This document shows positions 14,628-28,206 of a DNA stretch of 64,000 nucleotides, in pieces. A program made the translations under genes and the position numbers. Origin of the DNA: Octopus vulgaris (lineage: Eukaryota); NCBI GenBank assembly GCA_951406725.2, contig OX597832.1, forward strand, positions 30,008,001 through 30,072,000, written 5' to 3'. The notes beneath the pieces are model-generated. The model was not told the DNA's origin and did not search any database. It worked only from the letters and a program-made list of their open reading frames with translations. Numbering within the stretch: position 1 is the first letter of the stretch; each line of letters opens with the position of its first letter.

Positions 14628-17248
14628 TATGTATATATATATGCACATATGTATATATATATGCACATATGTATGCATATACATACCAATAGATATATCT
14701 CCATAAATATAATGTGATTTAGCATCATATTACTCCACACATGCATGAAAATGTGCACACACGCACACATATACACTCACACACATAAAGTGATAGACTG
14801 TGTGTGTGTGTATATGCACACACATACATACGTATATACACACACACATATATGTATATATATAATACATATATATATATATATATACATGGTTATACAC
14901 ATACACATATATATGTATACATACATACATGCATATATATATATATATATATATATGTACGTAGGTCACATACATATATATGTGCGTGTGTATGTACAGA
15001 CACACATTTACATACATATGCTTATGCTTACATACATACATACATACACACATACATACATACATACATACATACATACATACATACATACATACATACA
15101 TACATACATACATACATACATACATACATACATACATACATACATACACACATGCAGAAGTAAGTAAAAAAAAGAAGATAGAAAAGAAACGAGGTAAACA
15201 ATTTGGAAAGTGCATGAAATAAATAGCAGACGAGATTTCATTTGTAACGGTTTGTAATCGAATGACAAGGACGGGATTAATATCAGAGAAAATCTGATGA
15301 AAATCTGAATAAAAGACATTTATGTAAATATGAACCATTTTTTCTCCATCATTCCGCTTCAATCCGTGTCACTTGTGGCCCGACAACAAATATATGCTTG
15401 CCATATATACACATATATATATATGTATGTATGCATGTATGTAATGGCTGCTATTTCGTAGCTAATATACTAATGGGCTTCGAGAAATTCAAAGCAATTC
15501 TTTCATATTCCGACTTTTTCCAACCGAATGATGTTTTATTTCGACTTGTCTCTGCCTCTTTCATCTCTATCATTCAAATCTCGTTCTTCTCGTTCAATTT
15601 TCTTTTTTTTTTTTTTTCATCCTAAACTCACGCTAGCGCCGCCATTTATTTTCTGTTTCATCCAGACCGCTTGAAACGATTTACAAATCCTTCCATTTTA
15701 ACAATGCTTCTATTTGTTTTTATCTTTCTAAAATTTTACGTTTAACCTCCTCTTCCTCCCCCTCTTCTTCTTCTTCTTCTTCTTCTTCTTCTTCTTCTTC
15801 TTCTTCTTCTTCTTCTTCTTCTTCTTCTTCTTCTTCTTGTTGTTGTTCTTTTTTTCTTTTTATTGTTGTTGTTGTTCTTATTCTTATTCTTCTTTTCTTC
15901 TTCTTCTTCTTCTTCTTCTTCTTCTTCTTCTTCTTCTTCTTCCATTCTTCTTTTTATTGTGGTTGTTATTGTTATTGTTGTTGTTGTTGTTCTTCTTCTT
16001 CTCCTTCTCCTTCTTCTTCTTCTTCTTCTTCTTCTTCTTTTCCTTCTTCTTCTTTTTCTTCTTCTTCTTCTTCTTCTTCTTCTTCTTCTTCTTCTTCTTC
16101 TTCTTCTTCTTTTTCTTCTTCTTCTTCTTCTTGTAAACGTTGGTATATTTTCAATTAAGTTCTTTTCTCAATTATTACCCTCACAGCAGTCACCACCACC
16201 ACCACCACCACCACCAAAATAACAACAACACCAACAACAGTACCAACAACAAAACGACACTTGGCCGTTGGAACCGTTCCCTGGTTTAATTCTTCTTAGT
16301 TCTTTCCGTCTCAGCTCAGCTGTCCTGCCATTATCGATATAGACTTCCTCGTTCACTAAACCACAGATCGATACTGTTGCTGTGAGAATTTAATTCGCTC
16401 ACCTCTAATTACAGCGAAATGGGAAACCGTCTTGATGTGACTTTTCAGCGTCGACGAAAGGAATTCCACTTTTAGTTTTATTGATTCCAAAAAGATTAAC
16501 CAAAACATATGCCATCGCCATATCCTCTTGGCATTCTTCTCTTCATTTCTTTCGCTTCAACGCCCCCTTCTTTTTTTTTTTTGTCTATTCCAGCTACCCC
16601 CCCACTCCCCGAGTCACACCATTTACTCTTAATAGATTAGACTGTTACCATTCAATTTGAAGCAATTGGTCTTCAGGAACAAATTAAAAGAGAAGAATTT
16701 ACCAAATTAGCGAAAGTGTCACCTGGTTTGCGCCCCCCCTTCTTTCTTTCTTCCTCTTTCTTTCAGTCAATTGTGTAAGACACGAGAATATAAAAATAAT
16801 CCGAACTCTTCTTAATTCTTCACCTTACCCGTCACATTGCTATCTATTTCAGTACACACACACACACACACACACACACATCTAAAGAGAAAATGAGTGT
16901 GTGTGTGTGTGTGTGTGTAATATTACCTTTCTTTTAATACCATTTCAAGCACCGGCAAAGCCGATTGTAACCATTCTTCATTCTCCTCAATTTACTGTCA
17001 AATTTGGATCAAAATTTACAAATGTCCAACTCTAGTATATTCATTTCTTATCACTGTATAAGATTTGGGGTGATTTATTAAATAAGAGAAACGAGATTAT
17101 GTGACGTTCATGCCTCTCTATCATTGAAGGAAGTAAAACGACTCCAACCAGGAATGAAAAAAAAAAAAAAAGACGCAACTCTCCAAAGGATCTTGTCCAA
17201 AACAACCAACTCACATGTCAACTACAGGCGATGGCAAGACAAATTAAA

Positions 17249-17352
17249 GGCGGCGAGCTGGCAGAATCGTTAGCACTCCGGGCGGAAATGCTTAGCGGTA
17301 TTTCATCTGTCGTTACGTTCTGAGTTCAAATTCCGCCGAGGTCGACTTTCCC
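17249..17352 (+). mobile_element. SINE family A, 3'-truncated
   Basis: GGCGGCGAGCTGGCAGAATCGTTAGCAC...GAGTTCAAATTCCGCCGAGGTCGACTTT. Confidence 0.75.
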
Positions 17353-17454
17353 TACTTATATATATATAATCTAACAGCTGGTTCTTGGTTAACTTTAGCA
17401 GTGTCCATCTCTGATATGTCTGGAGCAGGTTAATTCCGTTCCACAACCACCACC

Positions 17455-17570
<116 letters not shown>

Positions 17571-17655
17571 CACCACCACCACCACCACCACCACCACCAC
17601 CACCACCACCACCACCACCACCACCACCACTACTACTACAACTACTACTACAACA

Positions 17656-17692
<37 letters not shown>

Positions 17693-18039
17693 GGTTCTGT
17701 CCCAAGTCTTTATTCTCCCAGTGGCTGTGTTTGAAGACATTCATTCAAGATGTCGAAGCTGCGTAATGGCAAAACTTTCTTAACCATAGAACCGTATTTT
17801 GGGATATTGTGTGTCATTCTTGCCAACGCACCTCTTCTTATATATCTATCTACAAGCGTTTCTGTCCACATATTTGTCTGAATGCACACACATTATGTGT
17901 GTGTGTGTGTGTATGTATGTATACAAGTGACATTTTGAAGATGATTGGAAGAAAGAGTCATCGAAATTCATTGTAGTTAAAAACGGGTGAGTAATTTCGT
18001 GAAAGAAAGAAGTGATACGCATATATATATATACACACA

Positions 18040-18315
18040 CACAAAATGGGACAAGAACGCAAAACATCCAGAAGACGATACAAAAAACACGGACGGGTCA
18101 TTCGAAGCCTTTAATCTTCAGTCAAGAACCGGATCATCCTCGCAATTCCGGCTGATTAATTTTGAGATTGCTCCAATCTGGCCAGCCCCAAGGAAAAAAT
18201 AAGCTAAGAGCATTAGATTCCTTAGAAAAAAAAAAGCATCGAATGTATACGAAACAAGGACGGGAAAAACGGACGATGTTATACGAATATAAATACAAAA
18301 ATAATACAAAAAAAC

Positions 18316-18370
<55 letters not shown>

Positions 18371-18428
18371 GGACATAACAACAGGCGTCTTTCAACTGGA
18401 GACGAATTGAATTCAGCTGGCGTGTGAG
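18040..18428. repeat. Dispersed (TA)n-associated repeat family (also 51525-51645)
   Basis: ACAAAATGGGACAAGAACGCAAAACAT.CAGA.AGACGATACAAA shared by both loci. Confidence 0.7.
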
Positions 18429-18442
18429 TGTACGTATGTATC

Positions 18443-18506
<64 letters not shown>

Positions 18507-19373
18507 CACATACATACGTACACTCACACACACACAACTTAAACACAAATAATGTCATAATATCATATGCGTTAACAAGTGTGACACACAGACACACACA
18601 TATCAATACAAACGTTAGGACAACTGATTTATAAAACATCCCACACGTGTTATAGCTTCATTTCGTTAATCTTTTAATTATGAACTAAACAAAAAACATG
18701 TTTTTGGAGGCAATGAAGCGAAATTATTTATATTTTCTGCTAAAACCAATTGGATAGAATTGATGGGAAATATTAGAGAAAAGAAACTGAAAGGGAAACA
18801 AAAAACGCAGACAAAAAATAAACCAGAAGACAATCGTAAGAAAACTGTATTTTGTAGTTTATCGTCTTTTCGTGTCTTTTATTGTACAAAGCATCTAATC
18901 AGTTCCATTGTTCGAGTTAGGATCCATTCTTCGTCCAGCAAACGGTTTGTTTACATCAATAAACTTATTCAATGTTCATCATTTAAGCTGATTTACTCCC
19001 GTCTAACAAAACGCCATTACAGCGAGGCTCGCAGTTAATCTCTCTACTCCCCCTGCTCCTCTCGTTTCCCCCCCCCTGCTCCTCCCTTGTTGTTATATCA
19101 TGCTCAACAATGGAGTCAACGCTGGTTTTAATCAAACTGAGTGGTTTGTCAACAAATAAAGGACAATATAAAAATTAAAACAGCTGTTGTTAACTTGTTG
19201 AAACTGTCTTTCAGCTTTCAAAGATAGCCTCACTAACTTCTCGCTCGTTTTATCCTTTGTATTTATTTATCTATAATTATTATTATAGTTGTGGTGGTGG
19301 TGGTGGTGGTGGTGGTAGTGGTGCTGGCGGTGGTGGTGTTGTCTGCTGCTACTGCTGCTGCCGCTGCTGCTGA

Positions 19374-19421
<48 letters not shown>

Positions 19422-20078
19422 CACCACCACCTTTCTAATTACTATTAGATTTCTCATTTAATTAATAGTTGCTTCAATGTTGTATTTTACAGTCATTAAT
19501 ATACACCTAATAAATTTAATTAACCTTTAAGCTGATACAGTGAATTTGCCCCTGTGATAAACAAACGAAGATAGCAATCAGAAATTTGTTGTTTCAATTT
19601 CTACTGGGTGGTGTTACGTAGAAAATAACGTTTCCACCTCCTATGTTAAAAAGAATAAAATATCAAAATAAACAAATAATATCAAAACAAACATTCAAGA
19701 ATTGTAAATAAGTTTGCCATCGAGTAAGATGTTTGTCTGCAGTGACCATGAGATGAGGCACTCATGAATTTGGGAGGTAATCATTCCAAGCGAGAGTACA
19801 TCTTTGCCCGTGTTACGTGAATCAATTCTTAAGGCTATACTGGAGTATATATAAAGAAAGTAAATAATAGAGTTCTTGGTTTTCGTTGTTGGTGCCATGA
19901 GAGTAGAAATTGTCTTTTCAAACGGTGCAATTTCTCTGTTTATATTTGGTAAATTTGTCTTTGATATGGCGGATCCAAACTATATAATCTTTCGCCGATG
20001 CTCAAATATTGTTTTCAGATATATATATGTACATGTGTGCGTGCGTGCATGAGTGTGTTAGTGCGTGCGTGCGCGTGT

Positions 20079-20152
<74 letters not shown>

Positions 20153-20443
20153 CCTGTGTTTGAATTTGCGAGTATCTATGACTCCATATTCATATATTTG
20201 TATATCTATACGTATGCTTAACACATGGACTCAAACCTGTACCTTTGTGTATATGCATGTAAGTATGTATATATGTAAGTATTCGTGCGTATACTTTTGT
20301 GCGTAAGTACTTTATTCAGTTATGCAGAATATAAGTACGCATAAGAGTATGTATGCATAAATATGTAAATACATGCGCGCGTGTGTGTATGTATATGTAC
20401 ATGTATATATATTATGTGTATGTATACATATATATACATATAC

Positions 20444-20483
<40 letters not shown>

Positions 20484-20536
20484 GCACACTTACATGCATC
20501 CATGTATGTGTGTGTATATGTACGCGTGTCTACGTC

Positions 20537-20583
<47 letters not shown>

Positions 20584-20923
20584 GTTAGCTCACACACACA
20601 CATATGCATTAAATTGAAATAAACCATTAGAGAAAGAATTTAACAATCAAGCATTGACCCCGCTCAAGACAAGGACCCTCGACAATAGAAGTAAGACGAA
20701 AGTAATTCCCTGCTCGAAGTTGTCACGGAAGTTCGCTAATAGACTTATCATAGCGAACCAGGCTCCAGCTCTCTTAACAGCGGCGACCTATTCTTTTACG
20801 AAAACAGAGTAGAATTATACCAACATCCTTCCGGTGAGGTTAATAATAATGTGGACATGTTGAGCCAGTATTTAATTATTTCCTCACACTCTAACCAACT
20901 GATGAGTCTACAGATTGTCTACA

Positions 20924-20970
<47 letters not shown>

Positions 20971-21730
20971 TGACAATAGCATCAAAAACAGCTAAAGCAA
21001 CGATGACGATTACGTTTGCATCACTGCTCTCTCTCTCTCTCCATCTCTCTGACTTCGTATCGTTTCCAACGACTTCCATTTACAAACTGTTTGTTTACAT
21101 TTTTGAAAAACATACATTTAATTCATTATCCTCATCATCATCATCATCATCGTAATCATCATCTTTGATTTCATTGTAAATTGTTGTTGTTGTTGTTCAT
21201 AAATTTCTAAAATAAACTTTGCGCGACAGATTTAATTAAAATTCATTTTTAATAAACCATGTGTCCAGAAACTGTTTGCCGTCTCGTTCAACATTCGCCA
21301 TTTTGACATTTCGACTCGAGACACTTTTGCGTGTCTCCCCCCACCCCATTGTTATTTCTTTTTTTTTTTATTCAAATTTCCTTTTCAATTTTTCAACTTT
21401 CTTATGTTTGTACTTCATTCCCACCCACCACTTAAACGTATGAAATGATTTATAAGCTACGGTATTTTTCAAACAGAGAAATATAAAACAAAAATAACAA
21501 AATACAATATGAAACAAAACAAGAAAAATACATTTTAATGTTCTTTCGAAAATTAAACTTGTATTAATTATATTCGAAACTTTATTTAGACTCGTTCGTT
21601 CGCAAGTTTGCGGTTATTTTAGTCAAAATTAATCGCAATTATTTAAATATAATTCACAGACACTATTTTACAAAACAACGTAAAGAGATGAGATGGCTGA
21701 ACACACACACACTCTCTCTCTCTCTTTCGC

Positions 21731-21822
<92 letters not shown>

Positions 21823-21849
21823 CTGAATGCATATATATTCCACTGGAAT

Positions 21850-22510
21850 TTTGGTAAGTTAGTCCTTAGTACAAACTTTTTGTTTATCATCCACGCTAAC
21901 AAGATTGTCAAATCTTCAATCCATAAGAATTTTGTATTCTTCACCAAACACTTCAGACTTACGATATTTTCCAAGAAAATTTCAGTCTGTTCCTCAACTG
22001 ACTGGACAGTGGTTAGAGTACATGTCCACACAACATTGCACTAAGCTTTATTGCCTATTCTTCAACTGATAATGCAGAGGATTTTCTTCAAGTAATGCCT
22101 CAAGGAGCTTATCATCAAACTCAACTCGACGTTCTGTTCGATCTTCATCTTCAAGGCTGAAATCTCCACTTCTGAATTTTGCAAACCATCTTCTGCAAGT
22201 TCTTTCATTCAAGCATTCTTTCCCATAAACTGAGTGTATGTTTCGAGTCATTTCAGCTGCAGAGTTTCCTTTTTTTGTACTCATAAAGCATTATGTGCCT
22301 TAAATGCTCTTTGAATAGTTCCATGTTAGAAAGGGTTTTAATCAAAGAAATTTTAATTCTATTATTCTGTAAAATGTTATTTAATTAGTTTAAATGTACA
22401 CAAATACATAAAAATAATTTTTAATTCCATTAGACATTCTAAAATATTATTAAATTTCATTCAATTTTAAAAAAGGTAAAATCGGACAGAACTTATGGGA
22501 TGACCTGATA
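21850..22510 (-). mobile_element. Mariner (Tc1/mariner) transposon relic, 5' TIR plus N-terminal HTH
   Basis: ATG at 22324 gives MELFKEHLRHIMLYEYKK/frameshift/GNSAAEMTRNIHSVYG...RTCRRWFAKFRSGDFSLEDEDR (Mos1-type HTH). TIR-like TA-TCAGGTCATCCCATAAGTTCTGTCCG at about 22480-22510. No DDD catalytic domain seen; left boundary approximate. Confidence 0.85.
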
Positions 22511-22992
22511 TATATATGGGGGAGGAGAGTACGTAAGTGTAGGCAGGAAGGGTAAAATAGCACTCAATACTAAAGCGATGGTGTCATTATTTTTTTTATT
22601 GCAATTGTAACAGTTGATACTCAGATTCAGTTAATCGAATTTCATGTTATCGATACTCAGACTGGATACGAAACGCTGTACAGGTGATCTGTAGCTTAGA
22701 CTACATACTTAAGTGTCGAGAGGGAAGTTCTCAAGTTAGGAAAAGCAGATGAAGGGCGGAGGAGAAAAGAAAGAGAACGATTGTGCATTTTCTCGTAAAG
22801 ACCGAGGAGCGCGCACTGGTAGACTTTTGAAATTCAAGCTAAACTAAAGGCGGAGGATAAATTGTAAAATGGTAGACCTGTAAATAGTAAGGTCAAGGGT
22901 TCCTATTCATCCTGGTCATGTATTTTTCAGACAGATTTCGAAATAGTGAAATTGTGGGTGATTAATTCTTAAACCATGCGACGCAGAACTGT

Positions 22993-23485
22993 GTCATGTG
23001 ACCCAGAACTACAGAGTCGCTATGGGTAGGTCACGTGTCCCACCACCACGGGGACTCACCATGGGTATGTCATGTGGCCCAGAACTAAAAGGAATCGCTA
23101 TGGGTAGGTCACGTGACCTAGAACTATAGGACATCACCATGGTTATATTATGTGACCCAGAACTAGAGTCGCTATGGGTAGGTCACGTGACCCAGAACTA
23201 CGGGGTCTTACCCTGAGTATGTCATGTGACCCAGAACTACAGGGAGTTGCAGTGGTAGGTCACGTGACCCAGAACTACGGGGACTCACCATGGGTGTGTC
23301 GTGTGACCCAGAACTACAAGGAATTGTTAAGGATAGGTCACGTGAACCAGAACAAATGGGAGTCGCAGTGGGCTGGTCACGTGACCCAGAACTACTGAAA
23401 GTTACCGTGGGTATGCCACGTGACCCAGAACTACAGGGAGTCACCTCAAGTAAGTCACATGACCCAGCATTATAAGGAGTCGTCA
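22993..23485 (+). repeat. Minisatellite, 13 units of about 39 bp (partly AB-dimeric), each starting GTCAYGTGACCCAGAACTAC
   Basis: Units read directly; conserved ~20-bp block alternating with a more variable ~19-bp block. Confidence 0.9.
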
Positions 23486-24164
23486 ACTATAAGGGAAGTG
23501 TGAATTCTTAGTCAAACCACAGTCTATCGTCTTAAAACAGGTCACATTAGATACTGTAATCCAAGGTAGACAATGGATACAAAAAAGATTGGATTGTCAC
23601 GGTCAGAATGTCTTTGATTATAGGTCTGTCTGATCACGGCGAACCTGGGGTTAAACAGCATTCACTAATTTTTGTATTTATTGTACAGCTAAATGAAATA
23701 TATTCCTAATTAATTCAATAGGCATAATTAATTATTTACGTAATTATATAATTACTAAATATCGGTAATGTTTTGTGTAATTACATAATTTGTTTTATTC
23801 TTCTTGTTTAACTAATTAAAAAACTCCAAAAATATTTTCACTAATTAATTTTCTCATTTGAGTGTGGTCTGTTGGAAAAAGTTTAAGACTTTACTCGTAG
23901 CTTCGTTACTTTAAGTTGTGAGTTCAAATTTCTCCCAGGTTAACCTCTCATCTCTATAAAGTCCCCTAATATTTTGTAACAGTAACGTACTTGGGTCGAA
24001 TCCCAAAACTAATATTCGAATTTATTCTTCAATTTAGACTTAGTTGCTGTTGTTTTGATGCTGGTCAGTCTTGATCCGGCAACCTTGACCATTCCGTATT
24101 TTATTCAAATATAGTGTATAAAGGACTGATGATTGGATGTCTCCTTCTGCCCTAAAGTCCAACC

Positions 24165-24625
24165 CCTCCTCAAAGCGGTAGGGTGGTATAAACGGGCAGT
24201 GTCAGAGCTATGCCGTCGGGAACTTCGGTTCCTGGTAGGGCTACCCAAAGCGGATTGGTCTGGCACCGAGCGGTATTAGGGCCGCAGCCTGGCCAACGGG
24301 ACTCTGGTGAAAATTCCAAGAGGCGTCTGATCGGCAACCGGCGGCTTCGAGGTCGTTCTGTACCTGCGTCTCTGGAGACTCCGCGGCAAACAGGGCTTCC
24401 CCTCACTCGAGATATGCATGCAGGATGTCGGGGATCGCTTGTGAATTCAATATTCCCACGAAACTTCTTCTATGAATCCTATGGAACCGCGAATGGCTCC
24501 CTATCTCCAGTGACCTCACACAAGACCGTCGAGCGTGGGCCGCCATGGTTCGTGATGGTGTTAGGACCAGAGAAGAAGCCGACTCAATCCGCCCTGGGTG
24601 AACGCCGTCACAAGTACAAGTAAGT
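24165..24625 (+). mobile_element. Internally deleted RTE-clade non-LTR element (5' UTR joined to 3' end)
   Basis: GAGCTATGCCGT...GTAGGGCTACCCAAAGCGGA resembles the RTE/BovB 5' UTR motif as I recall it; the 3' part encodes QDRRAWAAMVRDGVRTREEADSIRPG* followed by a CAAGTACAAGTAAGT tail. Confidence 0.6.
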
Positions 24626-24866
24626 CTCCTTCCTTGTTATTTCTTGTAAGGGGAATAGTATAATACATTGATCCCTAGTATACAACTGGTACGCATTAAC
24701 ACTCGCTTTGAATTTTAGTTTAACGACAAAACTAAACACTGTAAGCAATCCAGTCTGGCGCTTTGGCTATTCTTCTTCCGGTTCCTGTTCCAAGCTTGAG
24801 TTCTGATGAAATTATGAACACTATACATTCCATCGGCTCGACTCTAACCTTAGGGTTCAGCAAGTC

Positions 24867-25178
24867 TAGTTGGTCCTAGTGTACATCTGGGTCTTTAACA
24901 ATGTCCAGTTGGTCTTGGGGTATATCTGGGTCTTTAACAATGTTCAGTTGGTCCTGGGGTACATCTAGGTCTTTAACAACGTTCAGTTGGTCCTGGGGTA
25001 CAACTGGGTCTTTAAAAATGTTCAGTTGGTTCTAGGGTACATGTGAGTCTTTAACAATGTTCAGTTGGTCCTGGGGTACAACTGGGTCTTTAACAATGTT
25101 CAGTTGGTCCTGGGGTACATCTGGGTCTTTAACAATGTTCAGTTGGTCCCGGGGTACATCTGGGTTTTTGACAATGTT
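24867..25178 (+). repeat. Minisatellite, 8 x 39 bp CAGTTGGTCCTGGGGTACATCTGGGTCTTTAACAATGTT
   Basis: Exact 39-bp period (24867, 24906, 24945, 24984, 25023, 25062, 25101, 25140). Confidence 0.95.
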
Positions 25179-27983
25179 CCCTAATAAATATGGCGTCGTT
25201 TAGTGTAGACGAGCAAATCATAAACTGGTTCATGGCAACAATATGTCCCAGTTTCGAATCCCAGTTACCATTCAGTCCACTCCACAGCAACTGCTAATGT
25301 TCTGTGGGATGGTATAAATATCTCAATGAATATCTCAATGCCGGTTTCTTGCTCGCCTAAAATACAGACCGTTTTTGTCTGACACAAGAAAACCAATAAT
25401 TTTACGTAAAAATAGATGTGATAATCCTGAGAGAAAATGCAATTTCTGAACACACACGCATACACACATACATACATGCACACATACACACACACAAATG
25501 CAGAAAGAGAGAGAGAGGGAGGGAGAGAGAGAGAGGGAGAGAGAGGGGGAGACGTGAGATAGTACGTGTATGTGTGTGGAGTGGGGGAGTATGTGTAAGT
25601 AGTAGCTTTATTTCCAACGAAGAATGAGATGATTTTTCTATGACTTTATTCCTGATATTAGCCTTCGTTTAAAATAGCATACGACACTTATTCTCTCTCT
25701 CTCTCTCTCTCATCCTTCTTTGTGTACGTGTATATATATGCATTAGTGTGTGTGTGTGTGTGTGTGTGTCCCATCACCCAACTCTTTCTCGTTCTATCAG
25801 AAATAGAACATAACGTAAGAAAAGAAAAAAGTCTGAGAGCGATGACGAGCACCATTTCTTAGAAATTCTTATTGATATGATCTTCTTAAATGGCGATAAA
25901 TTTGGGAGAGGCATCCAGGCCACAACAATACACCTTCCTAAGCGTTTCACCAACGGTATGTAGAGAGTATCTTGCAATGTTCGAGAGAAATGCGATAAGT
26001 ACCAGTTATGATCTAGGGTCGACTTAATCTGTTAAATTCCCTCCTTCTTTCAATTACTGGTTTTTGTGTCGGGATTGGCGGAGATCGTTTGACAAAATGC
26101 ATTGTGGTATTCTCGCTTTTTACGTTCTGAGATCGAATCCCACTGTGGTTAACTTTGCCTTTATCTTCCTGGAGTCGATAAAATAAAGTACCAGTCATTC
26201 ACTGGGGTCGATGGTTTCGACTACGCCAACTCCTCTATATTTCAAACTTTCTTCCTATGTTAGAAACCGCAGTTATTTCTATTGACTCTCCTTCCATGAA
26301 GACGTATTTTTCTTTTCACCCTGTGACATAACTGCATATGAAGCGTTAGAAAATTTTTGTTAGTGGGAGATCGAAAGGGTGCTTTGGATGCACTATGCGA
26401 TTGTTTGGGGTTAGATGATAGAAGAAGGAGGGGCAAAAACGTCACAAACCTGCTCAGAGGTTTCCGACTGCCTGACAGGTACTGACAGGTTTTCCTGAAT
26501 ATAGCAAGGTGGACATGGACAAACCGGGCCCTTCAGGTTGTATCTTCGTAGGGTATTGTGTTGATCAGTAGACTAGGATAGAGTAGTTGTCCACAGTTTA
26601 AAATCGTCGGCTACACAGGCTAAAATTTATAATCTTTAAGGTTGATCTAGTAGGCTTCATAGACAGAAGCCCGGTTACTGGAAGCTGAACGCGTTTTCCT
26701 GGCACACAAAGCTTTCAGAGAATTGATTAGTGAATTAGTTAAGCGGTCGTCGACGGAGGCAATCGTTCGCAGCAAATGATGCCTCGCCTTGAAACTGGGC
26801 AATTAGAGTGGAATCAATGAGGTTTAGCATGGATGGAGCCATAGAGAGCACAAGAACAGAAAATTGGAAGAGGCGATTAAGAAAGGCATTGCAACAGATG
26901 TGTTTGCTGCAAGATTGGTCGTTGACTAATTCTTCAACGCGAAGCATGAAAGCTATGTTGTTAGAGCTAAGGCGAGTGCTCTAAGATACGAAGGAATAAA
27001 AGCCGTTCGACGGGCCCGAGAGACAGAAATTAACGGATTTTCAGCGACATTTGGTCGACGGCCCAGGAGGAGTGACGGACTGGATAAAAGGATGGACTTC
27101 AATGTCTACCTCGGGGCCAGCTACTATTCTCGGTAACGAATGTGGAGTGTTACAGAAAGCCGATAACAGCCGAACAAATACCGGAACTGATGGTTAGCTG
27201 CACGAGGGACAAATCGCCTAGTTTGGATGGTTTACACTAAAAGTTTTGCGTTCGTATGCCAGACTTGTTCGGTGACCTCTTGGCAAATATCTATCGTGAA
27301 TGGCAGCAGAACGGGAGGATTTGCAGTCCTGTAGGTCGAAGTGAGAGTATACGAACAAATAGGACCTCATTTATAATGTTCGGCCCTTAATTTTGCTCAG
27401 AGCAGATCTGAAGATTTTGGCCAAAGAGATTGGCGCTTGACATCAGTAGTCTGACTAGTGATGCACAAAACATGCAACATTGTGAACAGATCCATACACG
27501 AACGAAGACGAAGAGGGGTAAGAATATTGGCATGGGTGGGGTAAGAATATTGGCACGGGTGGGGTAAGAATATTGACACGGGTGGGGTGCTGATCAACTT
27601 ATGTCAACCGGAAGCTTTCTATCAGTTGACTATTAATTCTTGGTGGCTCTTCTCACAACAGCTTGGTTTCGCCCCCTCTTCTGCGTTTGTCTCGCTGCAT
27701 TGTACACCAACAGCTACTTGGTAGTTAGGGTGAACAGCCGCCTGTTGGAACCATTCAGTTGGATGCACTCCGTCTGTCGAAGTTGGCCTGTCTGGTCTCT
27801 TTTGTAGGAATTGATTCTAGAGTTATTACTGCTGAAATTATGGACACTGAAAGTTGTGCCGCGCGAAGTAGGATGCAGAAGATCAGTGTCGGCAAATGAG
27901 TACGATGTCATTGTAATGGTGACGGACACCAAGCACATGGAGGTGATCACCGCCGCTTTACGTAGCGATAGCATTAGCCACAG

Positions 27984-28206
27984 CGGCGGGCTGGCAGAAA
28001 CGTCAGCACGCTGGGCGAAATGCTTACAGTATTTCGTCTGCCGTTACGTTCAAATTCTGCCGAGGTCGACTTTGCCTTTCATCCATTCGGGGTCGATAAA
28101 TTAAGTACTAGTTATGCACTGGGGTTGATATAATCGACTTAATCCGTCTGTCTGTTCTTGTTTGTCTCCTCTGTGTTTAGCCCCTTGTGGGTAGTAAAGA
28201 AATAGG
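27984..28206 (+). mobile_element. SINE family A inserted into the Tx1-like LINE
   Basis: Full head-core-tail copy; TSD-like TAGCATTAGCCACAG (27969-27983) and TAACATTATCCACAG (28207-28221). Confidence 0.8.

Noticed and set aside
22515-22980. Possible Penelope GIY-YIG 3' remnant
   Set aside because: I could not recover convincing protein motifs in any frame by eye
22993-23485. CRISPR array
   Set aside because: The spacer-like segments are homologous to each other (alternating A/B types) and too short; eukaryotic context; no cas genes
24210-24623. 137-aa ORF as a host gene
   Set aside because: Lies wholly within the RTE-derived element; the recognisable RTE C-terminus is in another frame
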